Source: a virus (taxonomy: Duplodnaviria > Caudoviricetes). Taken from it: DNA of 56,897 bases. The notes under the pieces are model-generated. The model did no database searches. It had not been told where the DNA came from and saw only the letters and a program-made list of their open reading frames with translations. Every line of letters begins with the position of its first letter. Within the stretch, counting starts at the first letter, position 1. The stretch covers positions 1-56,897 of IMG/VR virus record IMGVR_UViG_3300031673_000051; one strand, 5' to 3'. Positions 29,311 through 38,731 of the stretch are shown here, in pieces. Position numbers and translations under genes: made by a program.

Positions 29311-29775
29311 TTATTCCTTCCGAGGTAATTGCTCTACTGTCTTCTCAATAGCAGCTCTACGTCTTATGTACCCTGCCACAACTTTATCAACAGCAGCTCT
29401 CTCAGCTGCTTTATCCCGGTTCTGGGTTATACCACACTCAGGAGTAAATCCTTCTGGAAAACGAGTTGTAAGTTTTGCCTCATTTATATCCATGAGTTCA
29501 TCAGTAGATGACTCGTACACAATCAAAACATACATCATAAAATGAAGTATATCAGACAACTCAATCAACACATCAGTCCGGGATAATGGTTCACCAGGAT
29601 ATGCCATAAATTTCTTGTAGTTATTAAGTAACTCACCTGCTTCACACAACATTCCCGTAAGTCCATGAAGTAAATTTGGGTCAAAAATCTTACCAAAATC
29701 AGGACTTTGTAAACGCTTGACTAAGGCCATGAACTCTTTTTCTTTACTTGGCATTATTAAACTCCCACACCTCAC
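29311..29775 (-). CDS. mazG: MazG-like NTP pyrophosphohydrolase
   Basis: LHG..G...EAGE....KK, EL.D, N..KL..RFPEGF. Confidence 0.8.
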   Translation of the reverse strand: MRCGSLIMPSKEKEFMALVKRLQSPDFGKIFDPNLLHGLTGMLCEAGELLNNYKKFMAYPGEPLSRTDVLIELSDILHFMMYVLIVYESSTDELMDINEAKLTTRFPEGFTPECGITQNRDKAAERAAVDKVVAGYIRRRAAIEKTVEQLPRKE

Positions 29776-30235
29776 TTACCTGACTGAAACCCTCTTCTTC
29801 AGTTGGTCTTTCATAAATGGCAGTAAACTTATCCCATACACCCTCCCATAGAGCTCTGTCGTCCTGACCATGAGGATTTTGCATCCGCCTATCCACACTA
29901 GTTTTCTTATCCAGTACTGGCATAACTATTGCCACAGCTTCATAACCATAGCGCCTTGCCAAAGTAAGATACTCTTTTCTATGTGCTGAAGACATGTTTG
30001 TCTCATCAACAAGGATATCCACACCAAGAAGCATAAACTGCTCTATAGCTTGCTCGGCAGTATTAAAAATAGTTGGTTCCAATTTGGGATTAAAGACATA
30101 ATCTCCGCCCCCAATCATATATCGAAGAGCATCCCTGGCTATGACAACAATATTTGGGTTCTTAGCCAAAAGTTTCTTTACCAAAGTAGATTTACCGGAA
30201 CCAATATTTCCTACCATTATGTAAAGTCTCATCAT
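29744..30235 (-). CDS. P-loop kinase (polynucleotide-kinase-like)
   Basis: GNIGSGKST, RDALR, VDETN, PT.EEGF. Confidence 0.85.
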   Translation of the reverse strand: MMRLYIMVGNIGSGKSTLVKKLLAKNPNIVVIARDALRYMIGGGDYVFNPKLEPTIFNTAEQAIEQFMLLGVDILVDETNMSSAHRKEYLTLARRYGYEAVAIVMPVLDKKTSVDRRMQNPHGQDDRALWEGVWDKFTAIYERPTEEEGFSQVSEVWEFNNAK

Positions 30236-30522
30236 TACCTCGCTATCGCCAGAATGTCCGCCTCACACATGATTAAACACTCTTCACCGTCTATTGTTAC
30301 CTTCGTTCCAACAGGACCAGGAAGAAGAATTACATCACCCACCTTTACAGTCATAGGCCGCAAAGTACCGTCATCAAGCAATTTACCCTCACCAACACCC
30401 ATAACTTTTGCTTGCTGTGATTTTTCCTGAGCACTTCCCGGGATAAGAATACCTCCACGAGTGGTCGTATCATTTTTAAGTCTCTTAACCAGCACCCTAT
30501 CACCCAATATTTGTAACTTCAT
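30235..30522 (-). CDS. groES: Co-chaperonin GroES
   Basis: LGDRVLVKR...T.GGILIP..AQEK....V..VG.GK...G...P..VKVGD...E.DILA. Confidence 0.95.
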   Translation of the reverse strand: MKLQILGDRVLVKRLKNDTTTRGGILIPGSAQEKSQQAKVMGVGEGKLLDDGTLRPMTVKVGDVILLPGPVGTKVTIDGEECLIMCEADILAIAR

Positions 30523-30678
30523 CTTTATTCTCCTCATCAGGTTTCACTGCTTTAAATTTCTTTTGCTCAGCTTGCTTTTCTTTAAGCTTTGCCACATCTC
30601 GTTCCACTAATTCTGCTATCTCTACAACTGCCAACCTCTGAAAATACTCTATCGTACGTTGTCTCTTTGCCGCCCCCA

Positions 30679-31287
30679 TTATCCTTCCTCCCAATGCCGT
30701 CTTCTGAATTCAAATCTTAACCGATTCAATGAATCTCTTACTTTCTTTGAAATGGTACCCGTCGAGTGCCTACCTCGCCTTGCAGTATCTTTATAAGACA
30801 CACCTTCAACAAAATGTTTGTGTACCTGAGCAAACTCTTCCTGACTAATAACTCCATCCTTAATAAGTTTCTCAAATCTATCCCTAATAAATTCCCGCTC
30901 AAGATCAGCATAAACTTCGGTTGTATCAAATAACTCATCCTGGACAACATCAAAAGGAACACATACTAGAGACCTTGACGGATCCTTATAATCCTTTACT
31001 ATCTCATTATCAATGTATCTCCTTATATTGTAAATTAACTTACCTCCAGGTTCATCTTCCCTAACTTTTGCCAGTGCTCTGTATAATCCTATCACGGCTG
31101 TTTGATAAAGATCATAAAAATCTACTTCACATAAGTGGGGATTACGCCGCCTAATTTGCCATATCTGAAATTTTAGTAACTTATCTACCTTCAACAGTAC
31201 CCGTACAAAAACCTGTGGGTCACTACTTTCATCAAACTTGAGCGCCAAATCTTTAAGTGCCTGATGTTTGTCTACTGCTGTCTCCAT
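30679..31287 (-). CDS. Phage RNA polymerase sigma factor (sigma70 family)
   Basis: Region 2 DLYQTAVIGLYRA; region 4 HTH EGVSYKDTA...STGTISK...SLNRLR. Confidence 0.8.
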   Translation of the reverse strand: METAVDKHQALKDLALKFDESSDPQVFVRVLLKVDKLLKFQIWQIRRRNPHLCEVDFYDLYQTAVIGLYRALAKVREDEPGGKLIYNIRRYIDNEIVKDYKDPSRSLVCVPFDVVQDELFDTTEVYADLEREFIRDRFEKLIKDGVISQEEFAQVHKHFVEGVSYKDTARRGRHSTGTISKKVRDSLNRLRFEFRRRHWEEG

Positions 31288-31292
31288 TCTAA

Positions 31293-34200
31293 TTAACCTT
31301 TCCTTTGAGATTTATTAAACAAATTCTTAAATTGTGTAGAAGTCTTTTTGGATACAGTATCTTCCTTCACACCTTCCTTAGGTGGCACTGGCTGATTTAT
31401 ATCCAAAAGTGAACGTATTGTTCCAACAGGTTTAAGATGCTGGACCATTTTCTTTGTTGCCGCAATAAATTCTGCTGAAGGAGGAGCGACTGATGCCTGC
31501 AGGGCATTTTCTACTGAACCCGCCACGGCATCAGCAAAATCTTTACTCCCAAATCGAGGTATGTCTCGAGTTTCTCCATTCTCCAAAATCTCCATATCTA
31601 TAACCTCAGTAGGATGATCTATCTTATTCTTATCTGGATCATCTTCAAGGTTAACCAATTCAAAATGTAGATACTCATTCCGATGGCAGCACCAACGTTT
31701 ATCATGTACCAAATCTCGAAAACTCCGGTAAATCTGAGGATTTTTATCCAACGAAAGTCCTTTATCTGGACAATTAATTCCTGCTCTTTGAAGTATCTGC
31801 TTTGAATCTTCACTTACCTGACCTAAATCATATGTAACTAACACAATATTAAAATTATATACCTTTTTAAGATCAATGATAAATTTTCTAACCTTATTCA
31901 ACGGAATCTTATCCCCAGGACGTCCAATTATGCGCATCCCAAAATCTGTCTCCACTACAGGTGCTTTCTCCACCCGCATGGATCCCCCATCTTCCAAATC
32001 TTCAACAGTTCTATCTGTCCAACCACTAACACAAGACATAGCAATACCCAAAGCATCCCCCATACCTGATTTATTGCTATAAGCTATATCCACGTGCAAA
32101 TACCGAGGAACACGTCTTGGAATTCGAATGGCACTAAAATCCAGATACCCAGCAAAATCCACATCATCATGTAACCCGGTCTCAATTGTCAACATGCTAA
32201 CTGGATCTCTTTTAGTGGAATCATAGCAATCCACTATCAATGCTTCAGAAGGAAATAGCTTACTCTTTCGTAGCCCCGTTATTGATACTCCTGCGTAGTC
32301 TCTCAATGCGCCCACGATATCACGTTGATGGGCTTCCAAATATTCTATAGGAACCCAAAGAATTTGAAAACCATTCTTCGCAGCTAAAACTATTGCCTCT
32401 TGATCCGGCACAAACGCAGTACCCTCTCCTTGACCCAGAATTTTAGATGGTACATACACATTACCCAACTGCACCGGGAACTTAACACCACAGTACTCCG
32501 CGGCTTCTTTTGCTTCCCAAACGGGGATATCCACGATATACACATTGGGTGAACTTTTCATCTTTGCCACAAATGTATTCAAAAATGATAACGTTTCCTG
32601 CTTAGAAGCAACTAAGAAAAACTTACCCAAAGTCAATTTTCTATCATCCATCTGAGATCTAAGAACAAATCTGTTTTCAAATCGTCGATAGCCCGCCTCA
32701 AAAGCCTGAAGAACTCGAATTCTTTGCTTATCTGACTCTGAAGGAGAATCAACCTCATCCATCAACGCAGCAATGATATCATGACCTTGAACACCAAATC
32801 CCTTTGAGTAAGGAGAACCAGAAACGTATTCAAAAATAGGAAATTCTATCTTTGGATTTTGTTCAGATCCGCACACTCTACCTCTTTCCTTAAACCAAGG
32901 AGACTGCAAAAGATAACTTTGAAGAAGACCAAATCCACGAGAGGCACCAAGTGATGTCGTTAGGTTGAAAAATACTACAGCCATCTTACCTGCAGCAGTC
33001 TTTCCAAAAAATGCCCAAGGATCGCGAAGACAATTATGAACAACAACCCCTTGACATATAAAATTCTTTGGACTACCCTCTGCCATAACAACATCATAAG
33101 TATTCTTTTTACCCCCATACTCTATTGACTCAATTTTACCAAACAGTGTTTTACTAAAATTTGAATTGGTATACTTAGTCAAAAACCCTAGCTTCTCTTC
33201 AATTTCCTTATCAGATCGTACAATAATATAGGGTAAACCTTTTAATTTCTTATCAAAAAAGCTATCAGGTCTATCTAAACCATCAACCTCAATATACCAA
33301 CCTCCCACAAGAAAATCAACTGATTTAATATAACCATTATTCTTAACTATAACGTGTATGTCATGATCCAATCCATTTTGAGTAAGCCAATCGTCTACTC
33401 TCCCTTCAAATTTACTATCACAAAAATGACCATCTTCCGCCTCAAAGGGCTTACCATACCCCCAACTGGAACGCTTAGCAAAATCTCCACATTTTCTTTT
33501 TGTTTCTAATTGCTTTTGAACTATTTCATTCTTCTGTTCTTGACTTAATGAATTTCTCCACTTCTTCCAACCTATAACAGCTTTTGCAACAGCTTCTGGA
33601 GTATGTAATTGTTCAATAAGTTGCTGTCTTTCTTCCGGAGATAAATTTTTCAATCTTTTCTTAGTAGCTGCTGCACATTTAGCATTCCTTTCCGAATTGC
33701 TCCAAACTTTTTGTTCCATAATCCGACACCATTCTTCCCAATCCATAGAATCCAATCGCTTGAGTACCCTCCGAGCCACATCCTCATCAGAAATATTCTT
33801 CCAATGTTCAATAAGTCCTTGAACAGCTTTCACCCTAACCTCTGGTATACGCAAATGTTTGGTTTTTTCCTTACTCTCATCTAAAGAAAACAACTCCCAA
33901 TAAGCCAAAGCAATACCCTGCATTATCTCATGAAATTCTGTACTCTGCTTAGCCTTGTTACACTTAACTACCCCTTCCGGAGACTGCACTGCCAACAAAC
34001 CCTTTTCACAAATCCGATATCTTTCTTCTTCTGTCCTACTCGCCCATACCTTCTTGGTAGCATCACTTATTATTCCGGATACATCACTCCTGGAAAGATG
34101 AAGATCATCACCATATATAAGAACTTCATCTCCAACAAGAATATCTTTAAGAGGTTTCCAACCATCTTTTGTCCAAAACTTATGATCAAGAGTTGTCCTA

Positions 34201-34736
34201 ATTTTTTTATATCTCCCACCCTTAGAATTAGTGGTATCCTTACGATTAAATAAAAGATCTGCAAACTTTATAACTACTTCATAAACAGGTTTCTTCCCCG
34301 AAAAAATAACCTCATCTACCTTATGTGCTCCAACATTACCCCTCTCATCCACAGCCAAAGTATAATTCAACCCATTTTTATAAGCTTGATTTAAAGCAAC
34401 CCACTTCTTCTTTTCACAATCGTAAACAGGACAGTAACCATCTATGCATAAAATCGTATGCATTACGTGAGCAATGCCTAAAATTGCAGAAGTCGTTTTG
34501 CCAGTTCCAATTGCGCCTGTAAATATTGGGAGGTTCTTTTCAGGCAAATTAGAAAGCTCAGATAGAACCCTATGCCATATTGGGTATAATGCCTTACCTC
34601 CTCTCAAAGAAACTCCAAGATAATCAGTATCCGTCAAAAATTTACGCATTGAAACTGGTATTTCCGCGTAATCAGTACCATACGCAGCCGTCAACAATGT
34701 TTCCATCCGTATTTTTTGGTTACTCTTCTTTGCCAT
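31293..34736 (-). CDS. terL: Terminase large subunit containing an intein
   Basis: Walker A TGAIGTGKT, Walker B ALMDEVD, nuclease motifs LHVDIA, TYD, KIDHP, SKD.ADAV. Confidence 0.9.
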   Translation of the reverse strand: MAKKSNQKIRMETLLTAAYGTDYAEIPVSMRKFLTDTDYLGVSLRGGKALYPIWHRVLSELSNLPEKNLPIFTGAIGTGKTTSAILGIAHVMHTILCIDGYCPVYDCEKKKWVALNQAYKNGLNYTLAVDERGNVGAHKVDEVIFSGKKPVYEVVIKFADLLFNRKDTTNSKGGRYKKIRTTLDHKFWTKDGWKPLKDILVGDEVLIYGDDLHLSRSDVSGIISDATKKVWASRTEEERYRICEKGLLAVQSPEGVVKCNKAKQSTEFHEIMQGIALAYWELFSLDESKEKTKHLRIPEVRVKAVQGLIEHWKNISDEDVARRVLKRLDSMDWEEWCRIMEQKVWSNSERNAKCAAATKKRLKNLSPEERQQLIEQLHTPEAVAKAVIGWKKWRNSLSQEQKNEIVQKQLETKRKCGDFAKRSSWGYGKPFEAEDGHFCDSKFEGRVDDWLTQNGLDHDIHVIVKNNGYIKSVDFLVGGWYIEVDGLDRPDSFFDKKLKGLPYIIVRSDKEIEEKLGFLTKYTNSNFSKTLFGKIESIEYGGKKNTYDVVMAEGSPKNFICQGVVVHNCLRDPWAFFGKTAAGKMAVVFFNLTTSLGASRGFGLLQSYLLQSPWFKERGRVCGSEQNPKIEFPIFEYVSGSPYSKGFGVQGHDIIAALMDEVDSPSESDKQRIRVLQAFEAGYRRFENRFVLRSQMDDRKLTLGKFFLVASKQETLSFLNTFVAKMKSSPNVYIVDIPVWEAKEAAEYCGVKFPVQLGNVYVPSKILGQGEGTAFVPDQEAIVLAAKNGFQILWVPIEYLEAHQRDIVGALRDYAGVSITGLRKSKLFPSEALIVDCYDSTKRDPVSMLTIETGLHDDVDFAGYLDFSAIRIPRRVPRYLHVDIAYSNKSGMGDALGIAMSCVSGWTDRTVEDLEDGGSMRVEKAPVVETDFGMRIIGRPGDKIPLNKVRKFIIDLKKVYNFNIVLVTYDLGQVSEDSKQILQRAGINCPDKGLSLDKNPQIYRSFRDLVHDKRWCCHRNEYLHFELVNLEDDPDKNKIDHPTEVIDMEILENGETRDIPRFGSKDFADAVAGSVENALQASVAPPSAEFIAATKKMVQHLKPVGTIRSLLDINQPVPPKEGVKEDTVSKKTSTQFKNLFNKSQRKG
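33033..34448 (-). mobile_element. Intein (472 aa) with helical repeats and PD-(D/E)XK/Vsr-like endonuclease
   Basis: Starts CIDG; block B TLDHKFWT; ends TYDV...NFI..GVVVHN followed by Cys; internal DSKFE...VDFLVGGWYIEVDG. Confidence 0.9.
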
Positions 34737-35436
34737 CGTCCATACTTTCCAAATTCTGTCGTATCCTGCTAATTACAACTTCCCTATCCATTGAGGGCAA
34801 TTTTTTAAGATCGGCAACAATTTGCTGGTCACCAGACATCAAACGTTTAACAGGGTTTCCACCAGAGTTATCACCCAAACTTAACTGGTAATTGGTTTGC
34901 TTGATCAGAGCTGGTTTTTCTACACCAAATCCCAAATCTTCCGCAGCCTTAACTATTTGCTCTTCATCGTTTCTTTGCTCCACCCTTAACTTTCTTATAG
35001 TTTCAAACACCCCAAGATTTGGAACTCGATAAGCATTACATATCTTTTCACATTTCAAACAAACAAAAGTTATCTCCTTCTGTTCATTAACCCTTGGTTG
35101 AGCAGCAGCATCGCAACAAGCTGATCGGTAACTAAACCTGTGCTCAGAAAGTTCTACGTCATCCTCATTCCAAAGCAATTCCCTCTGCTTTGTACCCATG
35201 AATACATAATCCATAATGTATGTAGCAACAAAGGGAGAATTCACCTTCTCTTCTTTCTTAAACTTCTTAATAACTTTTTCAACAAAGTCTATGGTAATCC
35301 TATCGCCAGGGTTATCAACCTCATCCTCATACTTTTCTCTGAGCGCTTTCAAAACTTCAGCTAAGTTGCCCCGGTGTCTGAAGTACAGTAGTCGGGTGGT
35401 ATTTTCTAATTCTAATTTTTGAATTGACTTAGTCAT
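34720..35436 (-). CDS. Possible terminase small subunit
   Basis: Immediately upstream of and overlapping terL; helical with Cys pairs; assignment is positional only. Confidence 0.4.
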   Translation of the reverse strand: MTKSIQKLELENTTRLLYFRHRGNLAEVLKALREKYEDEVDNPGDRITIDFVEKVIKKFKKEEKVNSPFVATYIMDYVFMGTKQRELLWNEDDVELSEHRFSYRSACCDAAAQPRVNEQKEITFVCLKCEKICNAYRVPNLGVFETIRKLRVEQRNDEEQIVKAAEDLGFGVEKPALIKQTNYQLSLGDNSGGNPVKRLMSGDQQIVADLKKLPSMDREVVISRIRQNLESMDDGKEE

Positions 35437-35445
35437 ACTTTCTTC

Positions 35446-35817
35446 CTAATCTACTAATCCAAATACATCCTGTGCTCCACAAAGAACAGTGTAGTACTTG
35501 TGTCCATCCAATCCAGTAATATTTAGACCCCAAGGAACAGAAATATCAAATAATACTCTAACTCCTGCACTTAACTTTGGGTGTGTAGGATGACATTTCC
35601 CTTTAAGATCTGTGTATCCCGGACCTATAGATAGTATAGTTCCCGTTCCATTGTGATACTTCTTTCGAATACTTTCAGGAAGAACTATTACATTATCCTG
35701 TCCCATCTTCTCAGGAGGAGAATCTGGACAAATGAAAACTAAATCTCCCAACATCTGATAGGGGAATTGAAGTTCACCCTTCTTATTGTGCCAGGGTGTT
35801 TTATACTCAATACTCAT
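35446..35817 (-). CDS. Divergent GroES-like co-chaperonin
   Basis: LGDLVFI, IVLPES, GTILSIGPG, GVRVLF, DVFG mirror the GroES fold. Confidence 0.75.
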   Translation of the reverse strand: MSIEYKTPWHNKKGELQFPYQMLGDLVFICPDSPPEKMGQDNVIVLPESIRKKYHNGTGTILSIGPGYTDLKGKCHPTHPKLSAGVRVLFDISVPWGLNITGLDGHKYYTVLCGAQDVFGLVD

Positions 35818-35826
35818 AACTCTCCT

Positions 35827-36090
35827 TTATCTCAAGTGTGACAAAGCCTCTGCTTTGGCAGCTACTATTGCTTTCTTCTTTTCAATGAAATAATTCCGGA
35901 TGCCTGATGCACAACACACAAAACCCATAAGTGCATACCCATACTTCTCGGCTTCTATTGAAACTATGGAAAAAGGAATATTAGCTAGGGCATAAAACAA
36001 CCACCATCTATAACTCCGACCAAGCATAAAAATGGCAGTGGTAAGCCAAATTGCTCCAACTATTTCTATTACACGTATAGTAGACATCAT
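35827..36090 (-). CDS. Small three-helix membrane protein (PnuC-like half transporter?)
   Basis: Three hydrophobic helices; W....AN...Y......G..NY pattern. Confidence 0.4.
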   Translation of the reverse strand: MMSTIRVIEIVGAIWLTTAIFMLGRSYRWWLFYALANIPFSIVSIEAEKYGYALMGFVCCASGIRNYFIEKKKAIVAAKAEALSHLR

Positions 36091-36464
36091 TCCTCCTCGT
36101 ATGTAGCCATATTACCCGTTGATTCTTGAACATCAACCCGGTAACAACTTGGTATTTGCATACATATCCATCTGGCTATTCTTTCAGCTGTTGGATTTAA
36201 ACCACCTTGATTTAATGGTGTTTTTGTTGCAGAATCCCAACCTACCCCTTCTATGTCATTCAAGTACTGATGATCCAATTGACCATGTACCACTCTCTTT
36301 ATCTCAGTAAAATCTACTACCATACCATTTTCATTGAGCTCTTCAGCTGAGCAATAGACCGTGATTAAAAGGGAATGGCCGTGATTCCTGTTACAAGCAC
36401 TTATATAGGGTAGATTGAGCTTGTGAGATACTGCCACTTCCAGTGTTTTCTTAACCTTAAACAT
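36087..36464 (-). CDS. queD: 6-carboxy-5,6,7,8-tetrahydropterin synthase
   Basis: SHKL...C...HGH, GMVVDF, LDHQYLND, NPTAERIA, VQES. Confidence 0.95.
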   Translation of the reverse strand: MFKVKKTLEVAVSHKLNLPYISACNRNHGHSLLITVYCSAEELNENGMVVDFTEIKRVVHGQLDHQYLNDIEGVGWDSATKTPLNQGGLNPTAERIARWICMQIPSCYRVDVQESTGNMATYEEE

Positions 36465-36557
36465 GTTACACTCCTCTTATAGAATATAGTAATAAAACTA
36501 GTAAAACTGCTACTATTAGCAACCACCAATCAACACTCGTTAAAAACTTTCGAATCA

Positions 36558-37133
36558 TCATTTCTCCACCTCGTATATTTCCGGAAATCCCCGATAAGCT
36601 TCACCAGCACCCATGCCAGCTCCCACCAAGAAGCCTTTGTCCAAATACCGCCATCCAATAATATCCGGCTCTAATGCACCTTGCTCAGCTCGTAGAAAAA
36701 CCTTATCTACTAAAACTGCAGTATACACTTCTAAAGGATCATACCCGGATATGATTTTCTTTGCCTCAGCAAGGGTGTTTCCCGTTTCTGCACAATCGTC
36801 CACAATGATAACATTTCTACCACAAATATCTTTTCTTGATAAATCCAGAGGTGTCATCAATTTTACTTCAGCCCGAGCCTTCATTTCTTCTCCATAAGAT
36901 TCAAGACCTATATGCCCGATTACTACGTCTGGTTGATGCCAAAGTGAACCAACCGGATTAAGTGTGTATAAAATTTGTAACAATTGGTATGCCGTGTAAG
37001 CTCCACCTTTCAACACAGCAATAATGGCCAAAGGATATCCTACCATATTTATCTCCCCTGCCATCTTCCTCAAGGCAGCATCTACACCTTCTTGATTCAA
37101 AATTTGATTAAGTTTAGTTGACATCACTCCCAT
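36558..37133 (-). CDS. hpt: Hypoxanthine-guanine phosphoribosyltransferase-like protein
   Basis: VLKGG, ESYG, VIIVDDCAETGNTL (PRPP loop), FLVG.GM....YRG.P.I. Confidence 0.8.
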   Translation of the reverse strand: MGVMSTKLNQILNQEGVDAALRKMAGEINMVGYPLAIIAVLKGGAYTAYQLLQILYTLNPVGSLWHQPDVVIGHIGLESYGEEMKARAEVKLMTPLDLSRKDICGRNVIIVDDCAETGNTLAEAKKIISGYDPLEVYTAVLVDKVFLRAEQGALEPDIIGWRYLDKGFLVGAGMGAGEAYRGFPEIYEVEK

Positions 37134-37788
37134 CTCCTAACTGTGGCGTAAACTCAATATTATCCACCAACTTCTCCAGAAGTTCAACACTACTCACACC
37201 TTCCAACTTTGTAACCATAAAAGCTGCGTCTGCTATTTCAACTAACCCCTCATCTTGACTTATTATAATGAATTGCATATTCATTGTCTTAGCCAAGTAT
37301 TGAGTCATTTCCCTCACAGCTTCTGCATTTTTCAATCCATGCAAATTTCTGAACGGCTCGTCAAAAATGAGTACAGGGCGTGTCCTCTCATACTGAATTG
37401 CCCATAAGATTATCCTAAGAGCAAAAGATACCACATCGGCTTGGCCACCACTAAACTCATCATCCTTTGGAGAAAATCTCTCACCATCAATAACAATATA
37501 CATATGAATTTCTGGTTGGTTGTGTGATATACTACCTTCTAATTCAAACGAATGATTATCCCCAAATACAAATTTAAGGGCCTGAGTAACCAAAACCTCG
37601 ACAACCTCCTCAAACTCCTGTTGAACCAAAATACCAACAGTATTCATCACCTCAAGAGCTTTTTCAAGGTCTGCAAGACAATTCTGATGAGATACAATCT
37701 CAATTCCCAGATCTTCAACCTTACTCTTAAGAAGTTTCTGAGTAGCCTTCTTCTCGCTTAAGAAATCAGTGTATTTTGTCAGATTCAT
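37114..37788 (-). CDS. Rad50/SbcC C-terminal half (coiled coil plus ABC signature)
   Basis: FSGGQ signature, LIFDEPF Walker B, QFIIISQ. Confidence 0.85.
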   Translation of the reverse strand: MNLTKYTDFLSEKKATQKLLKSKVEDLGIEIVSHQNCLADLEKALEVMNTVGILVQQEFEEVVEVLVTQALKFVFGDNHSFELEGSISHNQPEIHMYIVIDGERFSPKDDEFSGGQADVVSFALRIILWAIQYERTRPVLIFDEPFRNLHGLKNAEAVREMTQYLAKTMNMQFIIISQDEGLVEIADAAFMVTKLEGVSSVELLEKLVDNIEFTPQLGDGSDVN

Positions 37789-37801
37789 TATTTAACTTTC
37801 T

Positions 37802-38077
37802 TTACAAAGGTCCTACGACAAACATAGTTATCTTGAAACGTCCACGACCAGATTCTGAGTATTCTCTTAAAAAATGTTGATTACCATCTTCACCTGGCTG
37901 CATTGACCATCTGCCATAAATATGACTTGCTCGTCCTACTTCGTAATCATGATCTATTGCCCCAGCATCAAATAATATTTCAATTCCTTCTTCATGGCTC
38001 ACATGGCCTTTAATGTAGTAAGCATCTGGCGTGCCATACCAGTTCAGTGGCATGTATTCACCATCATTACATTTCAT
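37802..38077 (-). CDS. Hypothetical protein
   Basis: 91 aa ORF in operon. Confidence 0.55.
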   Translation of the reverse strand: MKCNDGEYMPLNWYGTPDAYYIKGHVSHEEGIEILFDAGAIDHDYEVGRASHIYGRWSMQPGEDGNQHFLREYSESGRGRFKITMFVVGPL

Positions 38078-38078
38078 C

Positions 38079-38255
38079 TTATTTCTCCTTATCCAACTTC
38101 TTTAAATTGGTCTCAAATTTTTCTAGAAATAGTTGAACATTTCCTTTGTTTGCAACTACCCTATGTGCTCTAGATTGTAGATGCTTCCGATGTTCCGGCC
38201 AGGTAGAAAAATCAATTCCACACACGCTACATCTGTATCTACTTACCTTTGCCAT
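38079..38255 (-). CDS. C2H2 zinc-finger protein (U1/matrin-type spacing)
   Basis: Probable start 38255; YRCSVCGIDFSTWPEHRKHLQSRAH = C-x2-C-x12-H-x5-H. Confidence 0.65.
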   Translation of the reverse strand: MAKVSRYRCSVCGIDFSTWPEHRKHLQSRAHRVVANKGNVQLFLEKFETNLKKLDKEK

Positions 38256-38446
38256 CTTAATCTTTATCCTTTGGTAGTAGTAAATAAACTCGAGTTCCAG
38301 GAGGTAACTCCCTCGGAGGAAACACCAGTGGTTGCTCCTCAGTAAAGGATACCTCATCATACACCTCTCCACGATAGGAGACCCAGTACTTCTTACCCAT
38401 TAAATCATCCTTCACAAGAATTGCATAACCCGCTATATCTGATAGC

Positions 38447-38731
38447 TTAATCTTTTTGTGGGGTGGCCGCTGAAATAATTGCAGACATCTCTTCATCCAA
38501 TTTTTTGAGCGTGCTTTCATGTATAATAAGCTCCAAACTTAATTCCTCAGATTTTTTCTCAGCGGCAGCAACAGAAGTCGTTCCCGACACATCCTTTAAT
38601 TGCTTGAGTAATTGTGTCTTTTGTCCATCCTGCTGTGCTTGCTCCCGACGCAGTTCTTCAATCTTCTTTACTTTTTGCTTAACCTCAGAAATGATATCAG
38701 CCATTTTTAACCTCCTCCAAAATTTCATCAA
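38447..38731 (-). CDS. Coiled-coil protein, possible middle segment of split Rad50 (likely start 38704)
   Basis: Heptad-like K/E/Q/L-rich sequence directly after sbcD. Confidence 0.55.
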   Translation of the reverse strand: MMKFWRRLKMADIISEVKQKVKKIEELRREQAQQDGQKTQLLKQLKDVSGTTSVAAAEKKSEELSLELIIHESTLKKLDEEMSAIISAATPQKD

